Positions 17,678-28,689 of a stretch of DNA of 64,000 nucleotides are shown here, one piece after another (the stretch's first letter is position 1; every line of letters starts with the position of its first letter). Made by a program: the position numbers and the translations under genes. The stretch lies in contig DASYJY010000089.1 in assembly GCA_035995985.1 (NCBI GenBank), forward strand, positions 4,477 through 68,476, given 5' to 3'. This stretch comes from Thermoanaerobaculia bacterium (GTDB lineage Bacteria; Acidobacteriota; Thermoanaerobaculia; Gp7-AA8). Under the pieces are notes generated by a model. That model did not search any database and was not told where the DNA came from. It worked only from the letters and a program-made list of their open reading frames with translations.

Positions 17678-17848
17678 TCCGCGCTCCTTTCCCTGTCCTC
17701 TGTTTTCGCCCCGAATTGCAGAAGCCGCGCCAAACTGGAGCGTACGGGAGCAGACCCCGTTGCGCGTCCGGTTTGCTTCTCGCGCAACGCGGTTAGAGCG
17801 ATCGTCGGCACGCGCGGCGTGAACTCAAACGCCGTGGAGCTGCCGGTG

Positions 17849-18448
17849 ATGACGATGACGCGAGGCACGCTCGTTGCGCCTTGCAGTTGCGTGCCTCCGG
17901 CTGGCTTCACATACGTCGACGACTTTCTGACCGCGGATCAGGAGCAGGCCGTGATCGCCGAAGTTGAGCGGCTTCCCTTCCACGAAGTGCGCATGCATGG
18001 CGTCGTCGCGCGGCGCACCGTCATCCACTTTGGATTCGATTACGACTACGAGGGATGGTCGATCCGCGAAACCGATCCACCGCCGCCGTTTCTCGTCGAG
18101 CTTCGCGACCGCGCTGCGGCGATTGCGAACATCGATCCGCTCGTGCTCGAACAATTTCTGATCGCGCGCTATCCGCCCGGCGCGACGATCGGCTGGCATC
18201 GCGACGCCCCCATGTTCGGATCGCCGGTCATCGGCATTTCGCTCGGCGCCGCCGCCCGCATGCGTTTTCGCCGAAAGACCGCCGATGGTTTCGAGACGGA
18301 CGTGCAACTGCTGCAACCGCGATCGCTCTACATCCTCGCCGGCGCGGCGCGCACGGTTTGGCAGCACCACATTCCGGCCGCGAAGGAGCTGCGCTACTCA
18401 ATTTCGATGCGGACTGTCATCTCGAAATCGCGACTGCGTCGCGCGTAG
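17849..18448 (+). CDS. AlkB-like Fe(II)/2-oxoglutarate-dependent dioxygenase
   Basis: In-frame ATG at 17849 in ORF 17273..18448. HxD motif IGWHRDAP, distal His in VWQHHI, and RYSISMR resembling the AlkB RxSxTxR motif. Confidence 0.72.
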   Translation: MTMTRGTLVAPCSCVPPAGFTYVDDFLTADQEQAVIAEVERLPFHEVRMHGVVARRTVIHFGFDYDYEGWSIRETDPPPPFLVELRDRAAAIANIDPLVLEQFLIARYPPGATIGWHRDAPMFGSPVIGISLGAAARMRFRRKTADGFETDVQLLQPRSLYILAGAARTVWQHHIPAAKELRYSISMRTVISKSRLRRA

Positions 18449-18477
18449 CGGGTTAGCAATTTCAGGCGCTGTACCTT

Positions 18478-18585
18478 GCCACAGCACAGACAAGAGTGTC
18501 TGTGCCACACCAACTCGCGCACGCATCACCATTCATCCGAGCTCGGCAGGATTTTTGTGGCACAGACACGCTGGTCTGTGCCGGT
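18478..18585. repeat. Two oppositely oriented TGTGGCACAGACAC-type hairpins
   Basis: Hairpin stems GCACAGAC/GTCTGTGC at 18484-18505 and GGCACAGAC/GTCTGTGCC at 18559-18582. The 14-mer TGTGGCACAGACAC occurs at 18557 (plus strand), 18496-18509 (reverse complement) and 21107. Confidence 0.75.
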
Positions 18586-18605
18586 GCTCGGGAGCAGTGA
18601 GAAAT

Positions 18606-19475
18606 TTACGCATCCATCCCCTTCCCACCCGCCACCACCTGCGCGTGATTGATCGCCGCCACCAGCGCTACGCCGCCGATCGTGTTGCCGAGCAGCGCGG
18701 GAACGATGAAGCTGTCGACGCACTGCACCCACGAGATGCGGCCGATGAATGCGAGGTACATCGTCTCGGTCGCGCCGGCGATCACGTGCGAGAAGCCGCC
18801 GAGGCCGACCAGGTAGGTGATGATGACGATCACCCACACCCGCGCTGATTCGGCGAACGGCAGCAGCCAGACCATCATCGCGATCAGCCAGCCGCCGAAG
18901 ATGCCGCGGAGGAGCGTCGTGGCGAAGGCGGCGCGCGTTGCTTCGTCGCCGAGGGCCGTGAAGGCGCCGGTTATGTTGCTGTCGAATGCAGTCGTTTTGG
19001 CGAGCACGAGCGCGAAGAGAAACGCGCCGGCGAGGTTGGCGAGAAACACCGTCACCCAGAGCCGCGCCACATTTCGCAGCGTCGCTCCATCGCGTTTCAC
19101 GAGCAGCGGCAGGATCACCGTCAGCGTGTTTTCGGTGAAGAGCTGCTGCCTGCCGAGGACCACGATCAGGAAGCCGACGCTGTAGCCGAAGTTCACGATG
19201 AGCGGACGCCAGCTCGTGTCCGGAATGTGCGAGCGGAGCAGCGCCTGCGTCACGAACGAGAAGCCCATCGAGAGCCCGGCGGCGAGCCCCGACCACATCA
19301 GCGCGGACGTTGGCCGTTTCAGCTCTTCGTCCCCCTCGGCACGGATGGCGTGATAGACCACCGCGCCCGAGGGCGACGTCCGCTCCTCGGCCTCTTCTTT
19401 TTCCTTTTCCTCGGCCGCCATTGGCGTCGCGCCGTGCAAGAACTCAACCGTTTTGGCAAAGGGATTGCTTTTCAT
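18606..19475 (-). CDS. Formate/nitrite transporter (FNT) family channel
   Basis: 289-aa polytopic ORF. GRQQLFTENT and FIVPALLGNTIGG resemble the FNT constriction motifs. Acidic N-terminal extension. Confidence 0.75.
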   Translation of the reverse strand: MKSNPFAKTVEFLHGATPMAAEEKEKEEAEERTSPSGAVVYHAIRAEGDEELKRPTSALMWSGLAAGLSMGFSFVTQALLRSHIPDTSWRPLIVNFGYSVGFLIVVLGRQQLFTENTLTVILPLLVKRDGATLRNVARLWVTVFLANLAGAFLFALVLAKTTAFDSNITGAFTALGDEATRAAFATTLLRGIFGGWLIAMMVWLLPFAESARVWVIVIITYLVGLGGFSHVIAGATETMYLAFIGRISWVQCVDSFIVPALLGNTIGGVALVAAINHAQVVAGGKGMDA

Positions 19476-19522
19476 CAGACGAAAAATCTGACGCGGTTGA
19501 CCACGAAGCAGGGGAGGCTAAC

Positions 19523-19762
19523 TTGCAATTTACGATCGAGAGCCGGCAGCTTACGAACGAGTACACGCATCGCCCGTCATTCGACGCAGAAACGAGGCAG
19601 ACGTTCATCGAAGCCGGAACGCCGGATGACGCAATCGGCGAGTTTGTGCGGCAAAACGAGTCGGAGCTGGTCAGCGTGACCAGGCCCGTTCGCGGGGAGG
19701 AGTCGATTGCCACCGTGAAGAAGAACGACTCGGTGTTTCTCGTGCGCGTCTACGCGGCGTAG
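19523..19762 (+). CDS. Hypothetical small protein
   Basis: 79-aa reading frame from a TTG preceded by GGGGAGG. No recognisable motifs. The upstream part of ORF 19310..19762 is antisense to the FNT gene. Confidence 0.35.
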   Translation: MQFTIESRQLTNEYTHRPSFDAETRQTFIEAGTPDDAIGEFVRQNESELVSVTRPVRGEESIATVKKNDSVFLVRVYAA

Positions 19763-19813
19763 AACATGGCTTTGCGTTAGACGCAAACGAGGCGTGCAAT
19801 CGCGTTTCATTGG

Positions 19814-20284
19814 ATGTATCGTGTCTCAACCCAGCGCATCGTCCCCATGTCCCGCTCGGATCCTCCGTTCGCTGCACGTCAGGTGATCGTCGTCGACGAT
19901 GATCCGGCACTGCGAACTCTCTTCATCGCCATGTTGGAGCGGAAAGGCTTCACCGTCGACGTCGCGCCCGACGGCCGCGCCGCGTACGACCAGATCAGCC
20001 GCAACGCGTACGCGGCGATCCTGCTCGACCTGATGATGCCGGACGTGAACGGCTTCGAGCTGCTGGAACGGCTGGCGCGCGAATGTCCCGCACTGCTTTC
20101 ACGCGTGATCGTGATGACCGGCGCCAGCCGCCGCGTCGTGCAGACGCTCGACACGACGTCGATCTGGGGCCTGATCCGCAAACCGTTCGACATCGACGAG
20201 CTGGTGAACGCCGTCACCGCCTGCAGCGACGGCCGGCCGCGCGTGCCGCCGCCGGTATCGCGCGCGCCGAAGCAGTTGATGTGA
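19814..20284 (+). CDS. Stand-alone CheY-like response regulator receiver
   Basis: 156-aa ORF with acidic pocket VVDDDP, phospho-acceptor context ILLDLMMPDVNG, VIVMTG and IRKPF. No output domain. The start may be the Met at 19847. Confidence 0.85.
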   Translation: MYRVSTQRIVPMSRSDPPFAARQVIVVDDDPALRTLFIAMLERKGFTVDVAPDGRAAYDQISRNAYAAILLDLMMPDVNGFELLERLARECPALLSRVIVMTGASRRVVQTLDTTSIWGLIRKPFDIDELVNAVTACSDGRPRVPPPVSRAPKQLM

Positions 20285-20285
20285 A

Positions 20286-20349
20286 CCTGGGAACGCGCGC
20301 GTCCCGCCCGCTTTTGAAATCGTGCGGGCGAGACGCCCGCGTTCCCAGG
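20286..20349. repeat. Long imperfect hairpin (26-nt arms, 12-nt loop) 2 nt after the response-regulator stop
   Basis: CCTGGGAACGCGCGCGTCCCGCCCGC (20286-20311) pairs with GCGGGCGAGACGCCCGCGTTCCCAGG (20324-20349) with two mismatches. No U-tract follows. Confidence 0.75.
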
Positions 20350-20368
20350 AGGTTAGACTGCCCGCCGC

Positions 20369-21091
20369 ATGAGCGCGCTCTACGCCCTCGCGGCATTCGC
20401 GATGACCCTTGCCGGCGGTGCGTTCGCGTTCCGCTACCAGCGCTATCTCCTCTACATCATGGCCTTCTCCTCGGGGCTGCTGATTGGCGTCGCGTTTCTC
20501 GATCTCATCCCCGAGGTTGCCGCGCTGGCGCAGCAGCATGCGATTGACATCCGGTCGCTGATGTTCACCGTCATCGCCGGATTTCTGGCCATCTTCCTGC
20601 TCGAGAAGCTAACCATCATCCATGGTGAAAAGCAGCACGACGCGCCGGGACATCATCACAACGTCGGACTGGTCGGTGCGATCGGACTCTCGTTTCACAG
20701 CTTCCTCGACGGACTGGCCATCGGCGTCGGATTCAAAGCGGGGACGCAGGTCGGATTGATCGTGCTGCTGGCTGTCGTCGCGCACGATTTCGCCGACGGC
20801 TTGAACACTGTCACCTTCATGCTGGCCACACGCAATAGCCGCTGGCGCACCGGCGCGCTGCTGGTCATCGACGCCAGCGCGCCGGTCCTCGGCGCATTGT
20901 GCGCGGGCGTGTTGAACATCGCGCCGCGTCTGCTCGCCTTCCAACTATCGTTCTTCGCGGGCTTCCTTCTTTACCTCGGCGCGAGCGATCTCCTGCCGCA
21001 GGTGCATGCGAAGACGCGCGGGGCGCTGATCGCTGCGACGATTGCCGGCGTGGCGATGGCGGGGCTGCTCGTCTACGCGCTGCAGGTATGA
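20369..21091 (+). CDS. ZIP-family divalent metal transporter
   Basis: 240-aa polytopic ORF with a His-rich loop (PGHHHN) and the motifs HSFLDGLAIG and AHDFADGL. Confidence 0.85.
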   Translation: MSALYALAAFAMTLAGGAFAFRYQRYLLYIMAFSSGLLIGVAFLDLIPEVAALAQQHAIDIRSLMFTVIAGFLAIFLLEKLTIIHGEKQHDAPGHHHNVGLVGAIGLSFHSFLDGLAIGVGFKAGTQVGLIVLLAVVAHDFADGLNTVTFMLATRNSRWRTGALLVIDASAPVLGALCAGVLNIAPRLLAFQLSFFAGFLLYLGASDLLPQVHAKTRGALIAATIAGVAMAGLLVYALQV

Positions 21092-23490
21092 CCATTCGCA
21101 CCGGCATGTGGCACAGACACTCCTGTCTGTGCGCGATCGCGCTGCTGCTCGCGCTGCTGACGATTGCGTACGCCGACATCCTCTTCATGGGCCGCGGCTT
21201 CTACATCAGCGACCTCGGCGTCTATCACTATCCGATGAAGCATGTGGTGCGCGAGGCGGTGCGCAGCGGCGAATTTCCGTATTGGAACCCGCTCTACTCC
21301 GGCGGCGCACCGCTGGCGGCAAATCCGGCGTACGAACTTTTTTATCCGCCGCAGTGGCTCGTGTACGTGCTGCCGTTTCACTTCGGCGTGCAGTTCCATA
21401 TCCTGCTGCACTTCGCCATCGCGATGACCGGCATGTTCCTCCTGCTGCGCCGCCTCGGCATCTCGATCGCCGCGGCGATCTTCGGCAGCATCGCCTTCGT
21501 TTTCTGCGGAAGCTACGTCTCGCTCTCGTCGAAGCTGCCGATCCTCTTCTCAATTTCCTGGCTGCCGCTCGCGCTATGGCTGCTGATGCGCTTCTTCGAA
21601 TCGCGAACGGCCACACGCCTGCTTCCACTCGCGGCGGTCCTGGCGATGCAGTGGATCCTCGGCGAACCGACGGTGGCGATGCAGACGTGGACGATCATCG
21701 GCGGCTACTCGCTGCTGCGAATTTTGCGCAGGGCGGATGGAGCGAAACGGATCGCAGCCGCCCTCGGCATCGTGATCGCGGCATCCTTGCTGCTCGCCGC
21801 GGTGCAACTGCTGCCGGCAATCGACTTCGCCCGCGACACCGTCCGCACGAAGACGTTCGACTTTCGTGTCGTCGCAAACTGGAGCACGCCGCCGATTCGA
21901 CTGGTGGAGTTGATCCTGCCCGGGGTTCTGCGCCACGTCGCCGCCGCGAATGGGAGCGCGCTGATCACGACGATCTACCCATTTCGTGCGGACGCGTATC
22001 TGACGGAAATCTACGCCGGGCTGCTCATCGTCCTGCTGGCGATCGCCGGCGTTTTCGCAGGCGTCCGCGGACGATGGCTTTTCCTCGGCACGACCGCCGC
22101 GGGCGTGATCGTGGCGATGGGCGACCACACGCCGCTGCTGCGAATCCTCTACGACATGCGACTCTTCTCCGCCGTCCGTTTTCCGGAGAAGTTCCTCCTC
22201 ACCGCGGCGTTCGCGATGTCCGTTTGGGGCGCGATCGTGTTCGATCGGCTGCTGGCCGGCGATCGTCGCGTCCTTCGATGGACGTTCGGCCTTTCGATCA
22301 TCTGGCTGCTCATCTCGATCGCGCTGCTGCTCAATTTTGACGATAGGCGTTACGTCGTCATCAACTGCAGCCGCGCCGCGGTCGTCGCGGCGTGGTTGTG
22401 GCTGATGCGGACAAGGCGCTCGAATGCGACTGCGATCGCCGGCGTCGTACTCCTCGCGGCAGATCTCTGGTACGGCACGCTCAACGCTGTTCCGCGCGCG
22501 CGGCGCGAGTTTTTCGATGCACCGCAGATCCTCGCGGCAGCCGACGCCTCGCAGCCATATCGCGTCTTCAACGAAGTGGCGTGGCAGGGATGGGAAGGCG
22601 ATCCGGTCGTCAATCAGCTATTCGATGTTCCACCCGGTCCCGGATTGTGGTGGCTGATCCGCAACAGCGCGTTTCCCGAAATCCCCGCGATGCGAAATCT
22701 TCCGCTGGCGATGGAGGACGATATCGACCTCACCTCACTCACGAACACCGACGATTTCCGCCAGGCCTTCAAAGGCGCACGATCGACGCATCTTCCCGAC
22801 GCGGACGTGCCCTACGCGCGAATGTCGAATGTCGGGTGGCGCGTACGCCTGCGTCCCGTCACCACCCCGATCGCTGACGTAACGAAGGCTGCGCCCGTCG
22901 AAATCGTTCCGGTCCCGCGCATCGAACGCTACTCGTTCGCCGGCCGCCTCGAGCGCGTTCCGGACGCCGGCGGATTCCGCTACGCCGTCGAGCACAACGC
23001 CGCCGATCCATCGGTCGCCTACATCGCCGCCGAACCGTTCGCGCCCGCGAGCGCGCGCGTGACGCGCGTTCGCGAAAGCGCCAACACCGCCACGATCGAC
23101 ATCACCGCCGCCGGCCGCGCATTCCTCGTCGCCAGCGTGACCGGACATCGATACTGGTCCGCCACGATCGACGGCCATCCCGCACCGCTGATTGCGACGA
23201 ACCTCGCCTACCAGGGATTGATCGTGCCGCAAGGCACGCACACGATCGCGATGCGCTATCGCAATCCGCTCGTCCCGATCGGCACCGCGATTTCTATTCT
23301 GACGCTCATCGCGTTAGCCGGAGCCGCATGGCGAGCCACAACGGACGCTCGGCGCAATCCGGGGGCGAACTTCGTCGCGCGCGAAGGCGCGCTTGACAAT
23401 CCAGCCCCGGGCTCTGCCCGGGGACCGCGATGCGAAGCAGGGTCGCGGCCGCGGAGGCGGCCGCCACAAAGATTCGCGCGGACGTTGTAG
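21088..23490 (+). CDS. YfhO-like large polytopic membrane protein (putative glycosyl-transfer/ligase family)
   Basis: In-frame ATG at 21088 with an ATGA overlap with the ZIP stop. YHYPMKHVVREAVRSGEFPYWNPLYSGGAPLAANP resembles the conserved YfhO N-terminal loop. Many TM helices are followed by a large extracytoplasmic C-terminal domain. The last ~40 codons read into a repeat element. Confidence 0.65.
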   Translation: MTIRTGMWHRHSCLCAIALLLALLTIAYADILFMGRGFYISDLGVYHYPMKHVVREAVRSGEFPYWNPLYSGGAPLAANPAYELFYPPQWLVYVLPFHFGVQFHILLHFAIAMTGMFLLLRRLGISIAAAIFGSIAFVFCGSYVSLSSKLPILFSISWLPLALWLLMRFFESRTATRLLPLAAVLAMQWILGEPTVAMQTWTIIGGYSLLRILRRADGAKRIAAALGIVIAASLLLAAVQLLPAIDFARDTVRTKTFDFRVVANWSTPPIRLVELILPGVLRHVAAANGSALITTIYPFRADAYLTEIYAGLLIVLLAIAGVFAGVRGRWLFLGTTAAGVIVAMGDHTPLLRILYDMRLFSAVRFPEKFLLTAAFAMSVWGAIVFDRLLAGDRRVLRWTFGLSIIWLLISIALLLNFDDRRYVVINCSRAAVVAAWLWLMRTRRSNATAIAGVVLLAADLWYGTLNAVPRARREFFDAPQILAAADASQPYRVFNEVAWQGWEGDPVVNQLFDVPPGPGLWWLIRNSAFPEIPAMRNLPLAMEDDIDLTSLTNTDDFRQAFKGARSTHLPDADVPYARMSNVGWRVRLRPVTTPIADVTKAAPVEIVPVPRIERYSFAGRLERVPDAGGFRYAVEHNAADPSVAYIAAEPFAPASARVTRVRESANTATIDITAAGRAFLVASVTGHRYWSATIDGHPAPLIATNLAYQGLIVPQGTHTIAMRYRNPLVPIGTAISILTLIALAGAAWRATTDARRNPGANFVAREGALDNPAPGSARGPRCEAGSRPRRRPPQRFARTL
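21107..21133. repeat. Third TGTGGCACAGACAC-type hairpin, inside the first codons of the YfhO-like gene
   Basis: TGTGGCACAGACACTCCTGTCTGTGCG with stem GCACAGACA/TGTCTGTGC. It is translated as WHRHSCLC. Confidence 0.75.
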
Positions 23491-23579
23491 TGGCCGCCTC
23501 CGCGGCCACAACTTCACCCACGCCCCCGAAACCCCGCGCGGAGCGCGGGGCTGCGTTGTGACGCGCGCCTTCGCGCGCG
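23376..23579. repeat. ~200-bp composite of nested GC-rich hairpins bounded by a perfect 17-bp inverted repeat
   Basis: The outer arms CGCGCGCGAAGGCGCGC (23376-23392) and GCGCGCCTTCGCGCGCG (23563-23579) are perfect reverse complements. Inner hairpins are CCCCGGG/CCCGGGG (23405-23423), GGCCGCGGAGGCGGCCGCCACAA with TTGTAGTGGCCGCCTCCGCGGCC (23448-23507), and CCCCGCGC/GCGCGGGG (23532-23550). Confidence 0.75.
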
Positions 23580-23648
23580 TTGCGCAAGAAATCGTCGCGA
23601 GCACGTTCACCGCGTGGTTACGGCGCACATCCCGACCACGAAACTACA

Positions 23649-25763
<2,115 letters not shown>

Positions 25764-25866
25764 GGGGTGGGGAGTGGGGGGTGGGGAGTGGGGAGTGGGA
25801 GAACGGCCCGCTGTGGGAAGCGCGGGCTTCATCTCCCACTCCCCACCCCCTACTCCCCCACACCCC
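25764..25866. repeat. G-run / C-run inverted repeat between convergent genes
   Basis: The plus strand has six consecutive G3-G6 runs (25763-25799). GGGGAGTGGGAGA (25790-25802) pairs with TCTCCCACTCCCC (25832-25844). The loop contains its own GCCCGC/GCGGGC hairpin. Confidence 0.75.
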
Positions 25867-25870
25867 GGAA

Positions 25871-26857
25871 TCACTTCGCGTCGGGGAACGTCACGACCTT
25901 GTTCTCGATCGGCTTGACCGTCTTCAGGTAGTCGTAAATCGAGCCGAGGTCGTTTTCCGTTATGCCGGAGAAGGCAATCCACGGCATGACCGTGTTGTGG
26001 CCGGCCGGAGCATCAGGTGCGCTGTTCGCGTCCATCGACGCGTACGCCTTGAAGCGGCCGATGAACTCTTCCTTCGTCGCGTGCGACATGTACGAACCGG
26101 CGGGCGTCAGGTTCGCCGTGAAATTGCGGCCCCACGGCCCCTTCATTTCCCATCCACCGGCGAACGGCTTGTCCGCGACGAGCGCGTTGTGATCGTCGTG
26201 CGGCGTGTGGCATTCGTAGCAGCCGCCGATCGTGGTCAGGTACTTGCCGTACGCGACGCTGTCGTGCGGATCGGGCGACTTCACCGCGCCCTCGACCGGC
26301 TTCGGCGCGAACTTGATCATCAGGTTGACCGGAAAATCGATGTGCTTCGCCGGAACTCCGCTGTGAATCGGCTTCAGCGTCCGCAGGTAGACGACCACCG
26401 ACTTCACGTCCTCGTCGCTCATGCTGCGGAAGTGCTCGTACGGCATCATCGGGAAGAGCGCCTCGCCCTTGTTGTCGATGCCTTCGCGGACGGCGCGGAT
26501 GATTTCTCCGTCGGTCCACTTGCCGAGTCCGAATTCCGAGTCCGCGGTGATGTTCTGCGCGGCTACGACACCGGGAAATCCGATGTTCTTGTCGAAGATC
26601 ATCCCGCCTCGTCCCTCGGTTCCCGGCTTCACCGGCACGCCAAACTTGACGACGTGATCGGAATGGCAATCGAGACACGGCGCGACATGCCCGACCAGGT
26701 ACTTCCCTCGGGCCATCCGCTCCGGGGTGGCCTGAATCTTCTCCGCGGACGCGGGCTGCGACACCGGTTTCCTCGCCATCAGCCAGATCACTCCGCACGC
26801 GATGAGCGCGACGGCGACCAACACAACTCCGCCAACGATCTTCAAAAAGGTCTTCAT
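25871..26857 (-). CDS. Membrane-anchored diheme c-type cytochrome
   Basis: 328-aa ORF with an N-terminal TM helix and two heme motifs, CLDCH and CYECH. Confidence 0.8.
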   Translation of the reverse strand: MKTFLKIVGGVVLVAVALIACGVIWLMARKPVSQPASAEKIQATPERMARGKYLVGHVAPCLDCHSDHVVKFGVPVKPGTEGRGGMIFDKNIGFPGVVAAQNITADSEFGLGKWTDGEIIRAVREGIDNKGEALFPMMPYEHFRSMSDEDVKSVVVYLRTLKPIHSGVPAKHIDFPVNLMIKFAPKPVEGAVKSPDPHDSVAYGKYLTTIGGCYECHTPHDDHNALVADKPFAGGWEMKGPWGRNFTANLTPAGSYMSHATKEEFIGRFKAYASMDANSAPDAPAGHNTVMPWIAFSGITENDLGSIYDYLKTVKPIENKVVTFPDAK

Positions 26858-26910
26858 CTATCTCTCTCTGAGTTGAACGATTTCGGACATTTTACGGGAC
26901 AATCCGCCAA

Positions 26911-28419
26911 ATGGTTCTCTCCGCGATCCTCCTCGCCGCCACCTTGCAGACGAACGTCGCCTCGGTCACAAAGATCTACGACCGCGACTACGCGAAGAAG
27001 CTCGTCCCGATGCTCACCGAGGTGATCAGCTTCCCCACGACGCAGAACGATACCGAGGGCCACGCCGCGCAAAAAGCGTGGCTCGCGAAAACCGCGGGCG
27101 ACCTCGGCTTCACCTATCGCGATGCTGGATTGATCAGCGAGATCGAGCTTCCCGGTCCCGCGAATGCGCCGGTGCTCGGGCTCATGGTTCATGGCGACGT
27201 GCAGCCAGCCGAGGCCGATGCCTGGTCGTTCGCGCCGTTCTCGGGCAAGGCGGATGCGACCTATGTCTACGGCCGCGGATCGGCGGATGACAAAGGTCCG
27301 CTGGTGCAGGCGCTGCTGGCGATGAAGGCGCTCGCGGACAGCCGCATCGCGCGCACGCACACGGTGCGGCTGCTCGTCGGCAGCGATGAGGAATCGAACA
27401 ACACCGACGTCGCGGAGTACCTGAAGACGCATCAGCCGCCCGACTACACACTGGTCATCGATTCGGAGTTTCCGGTCGTCGTCGGCGAGAAGGCGTGGAA
27501 CTCATTGACGTTGACGACCAATGCCAAATCGGAACGCCCCGGCGTCACGAAACCGTACGGGGTGTCGTTCATCGAGGCGGGACTCTCGGCGAGCATCGTC
27601 CCCGATCGCGCCGAGGTGAAGTTGTTTTGGACGCGCGAAGGAGTGGCGGATTGGGAGCCGGTGATCGCCGCGGTGAAAGCCGCGAAGCTGCCCGCGGACA
27701 CGCGCATCGCCACGCAGGCGATCGGGACAACATTGCGAATCGTTGCGTACGGACATTCATCGCACGCTGGCGTGAACCTCGAAAGCGGACGCAACGCGCT
27801 CGTCGCGCTGGCGCGAGCGCTCGATGGATTGCTCCCGACCGGAGGCGCGAACGACCTCCTTGCCTTCGTCCGCACCGCCGGCGCCGACATCTACGGCACC
27901 GGCCTCGGCATCGCCGACTCCGATCCGCTCTGGGGCCGCTACGCCGTCAACATCGCCACGATCAAACCAAACCTGGACAATCCGAAACTCTCCACGATGA
28001 CGATCAACATCCGCCGCACGCCGCCACGCACCGGTCCGCAACTGAAGGCGAAGATGGACGAGCTCGTAGTCGCGTTCAATCAACGCACCGGCGCGTCGCT
28101 CGTGCCGGCCGGTTTCTACGGCGACGAGCCGTTAGCATTCGATCCGAATTCGAAAATCGTCCGCCGCCTGCTCGCCGACTACGCTGCCGCGACCGGGACG
28201 AAAAATCCGAAGCCCGCCATCTCCGGCGGCGGAACGTACGCGAAGAGACTCCCGAACTCGATCGCCTTCGGCATGTGGTTCCACGACAAGCCCTACCCCG
28301 GCCACGACGTCGACGAAAAGAACCCGATCGCCGACCTGCAGAAGGGGACGAAGGTGCTGATTCACGCGCTGGTGGATATCGCGACCGGTCCGAAGATCGA
28401 GAACGCGTTCAAGCCGTGA
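26911..28419 (+). CDS. M20-family dipeptidase (PepV/Sapep-like)
   Basis: 502-aa ORF with the metal-ligand motifs HGDVQP and GRGSADDKGP and a large lid insertion. Confidence 0.85.
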   Translation: MVLSAILLAATLQTNVASVTKIYDRDYAKKLVPMLTEVISFPTTQNDTEGHAAQKAWLAKTAGDLGFTYRDAGLISEIELPGPANAPVLGLMVHGDVQPAEADAWSFAPFSGKADATYVYGRGSADDKGPLVQALLAMKALADSRIARTHTVRLLVGSDEESNNTDVAEYLKTHQPPDYTLVIDSEFPVVVGEKAWNSLTLTTNAKSERPGVTKPYGVSFIEAGLSASIVPDRAEVKLFWTREGVADWEPVIAAVKAAKLPADTRIATQAIGTTLRIVAYGHSSHAGVNLESGRNALVALARALDGLLPTGGANDLLAFVRTAGADIYGTGLGIADSDPLWGRYAVNIATIKPNLDNPKLSTMTINIRRTPPRTGPQLKAKMDELVVAFNQRTGASLVPAGFYGDEPLAFDPNSKIVRRLLADYAAATGTKNPKPAISGGGTYAKRLPNSIAFGMWFHDKPYPGHDVDEKNPIADLQKGTKVLIHALVDIATGPKIENAFKP

Positions 28420-28426
28420 AACGGAT

Positions 28427-28624
28427 TTAATGCCCGTTGCGCGACGCGGCCCGGAACGCTGTCCCGTTCTGCAATTCGCCGACGACGCGGTCGAGGCCTT
28501 GATTGCTCTGCAGCGCGACGTGCTGCGCGTATTCATCGCAGACGGGGCAGAGTTGACGACTCAGATCGGCGTCCTGAACGCGGCTACCACACAGTCGACA
28601 AGTGGAGTCAGCGTTCGATGGCAT
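28427..28624 (-). CDS. Possible small zinc-ribbon protein
   Basis: 65 aa from the in-frame ATG at 28624. It contains CRLC...CPVC (CxxC-x16-CxxC). No other support. It fills the gap between the M20 gene and der. Confidence 0.3.
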   Translation of the reverse strand: MPSNADSTCRLCGSRVQDADLSRQLCPVCDEYAQHVALQSNQGLDRVVGELQNGTAFRAASRNGH

Positions 28625-28689
28625 GGGCGACAGTGTAGCATTCGCCGTGCCCGCAGCCCTCCGGCGCGCTTTGCACCGCACGAAAAACC

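Noticed and set aside
17759-17788. Palindrome GTTGCGCG-N14-CGCGCAAC in the xoxF/alkB divergent region as a candidate operator
   Set aside because: An 8-bp GC-rich stem is expected by chance in this composition, and I see no second copy or flanking promoter elements to support it.
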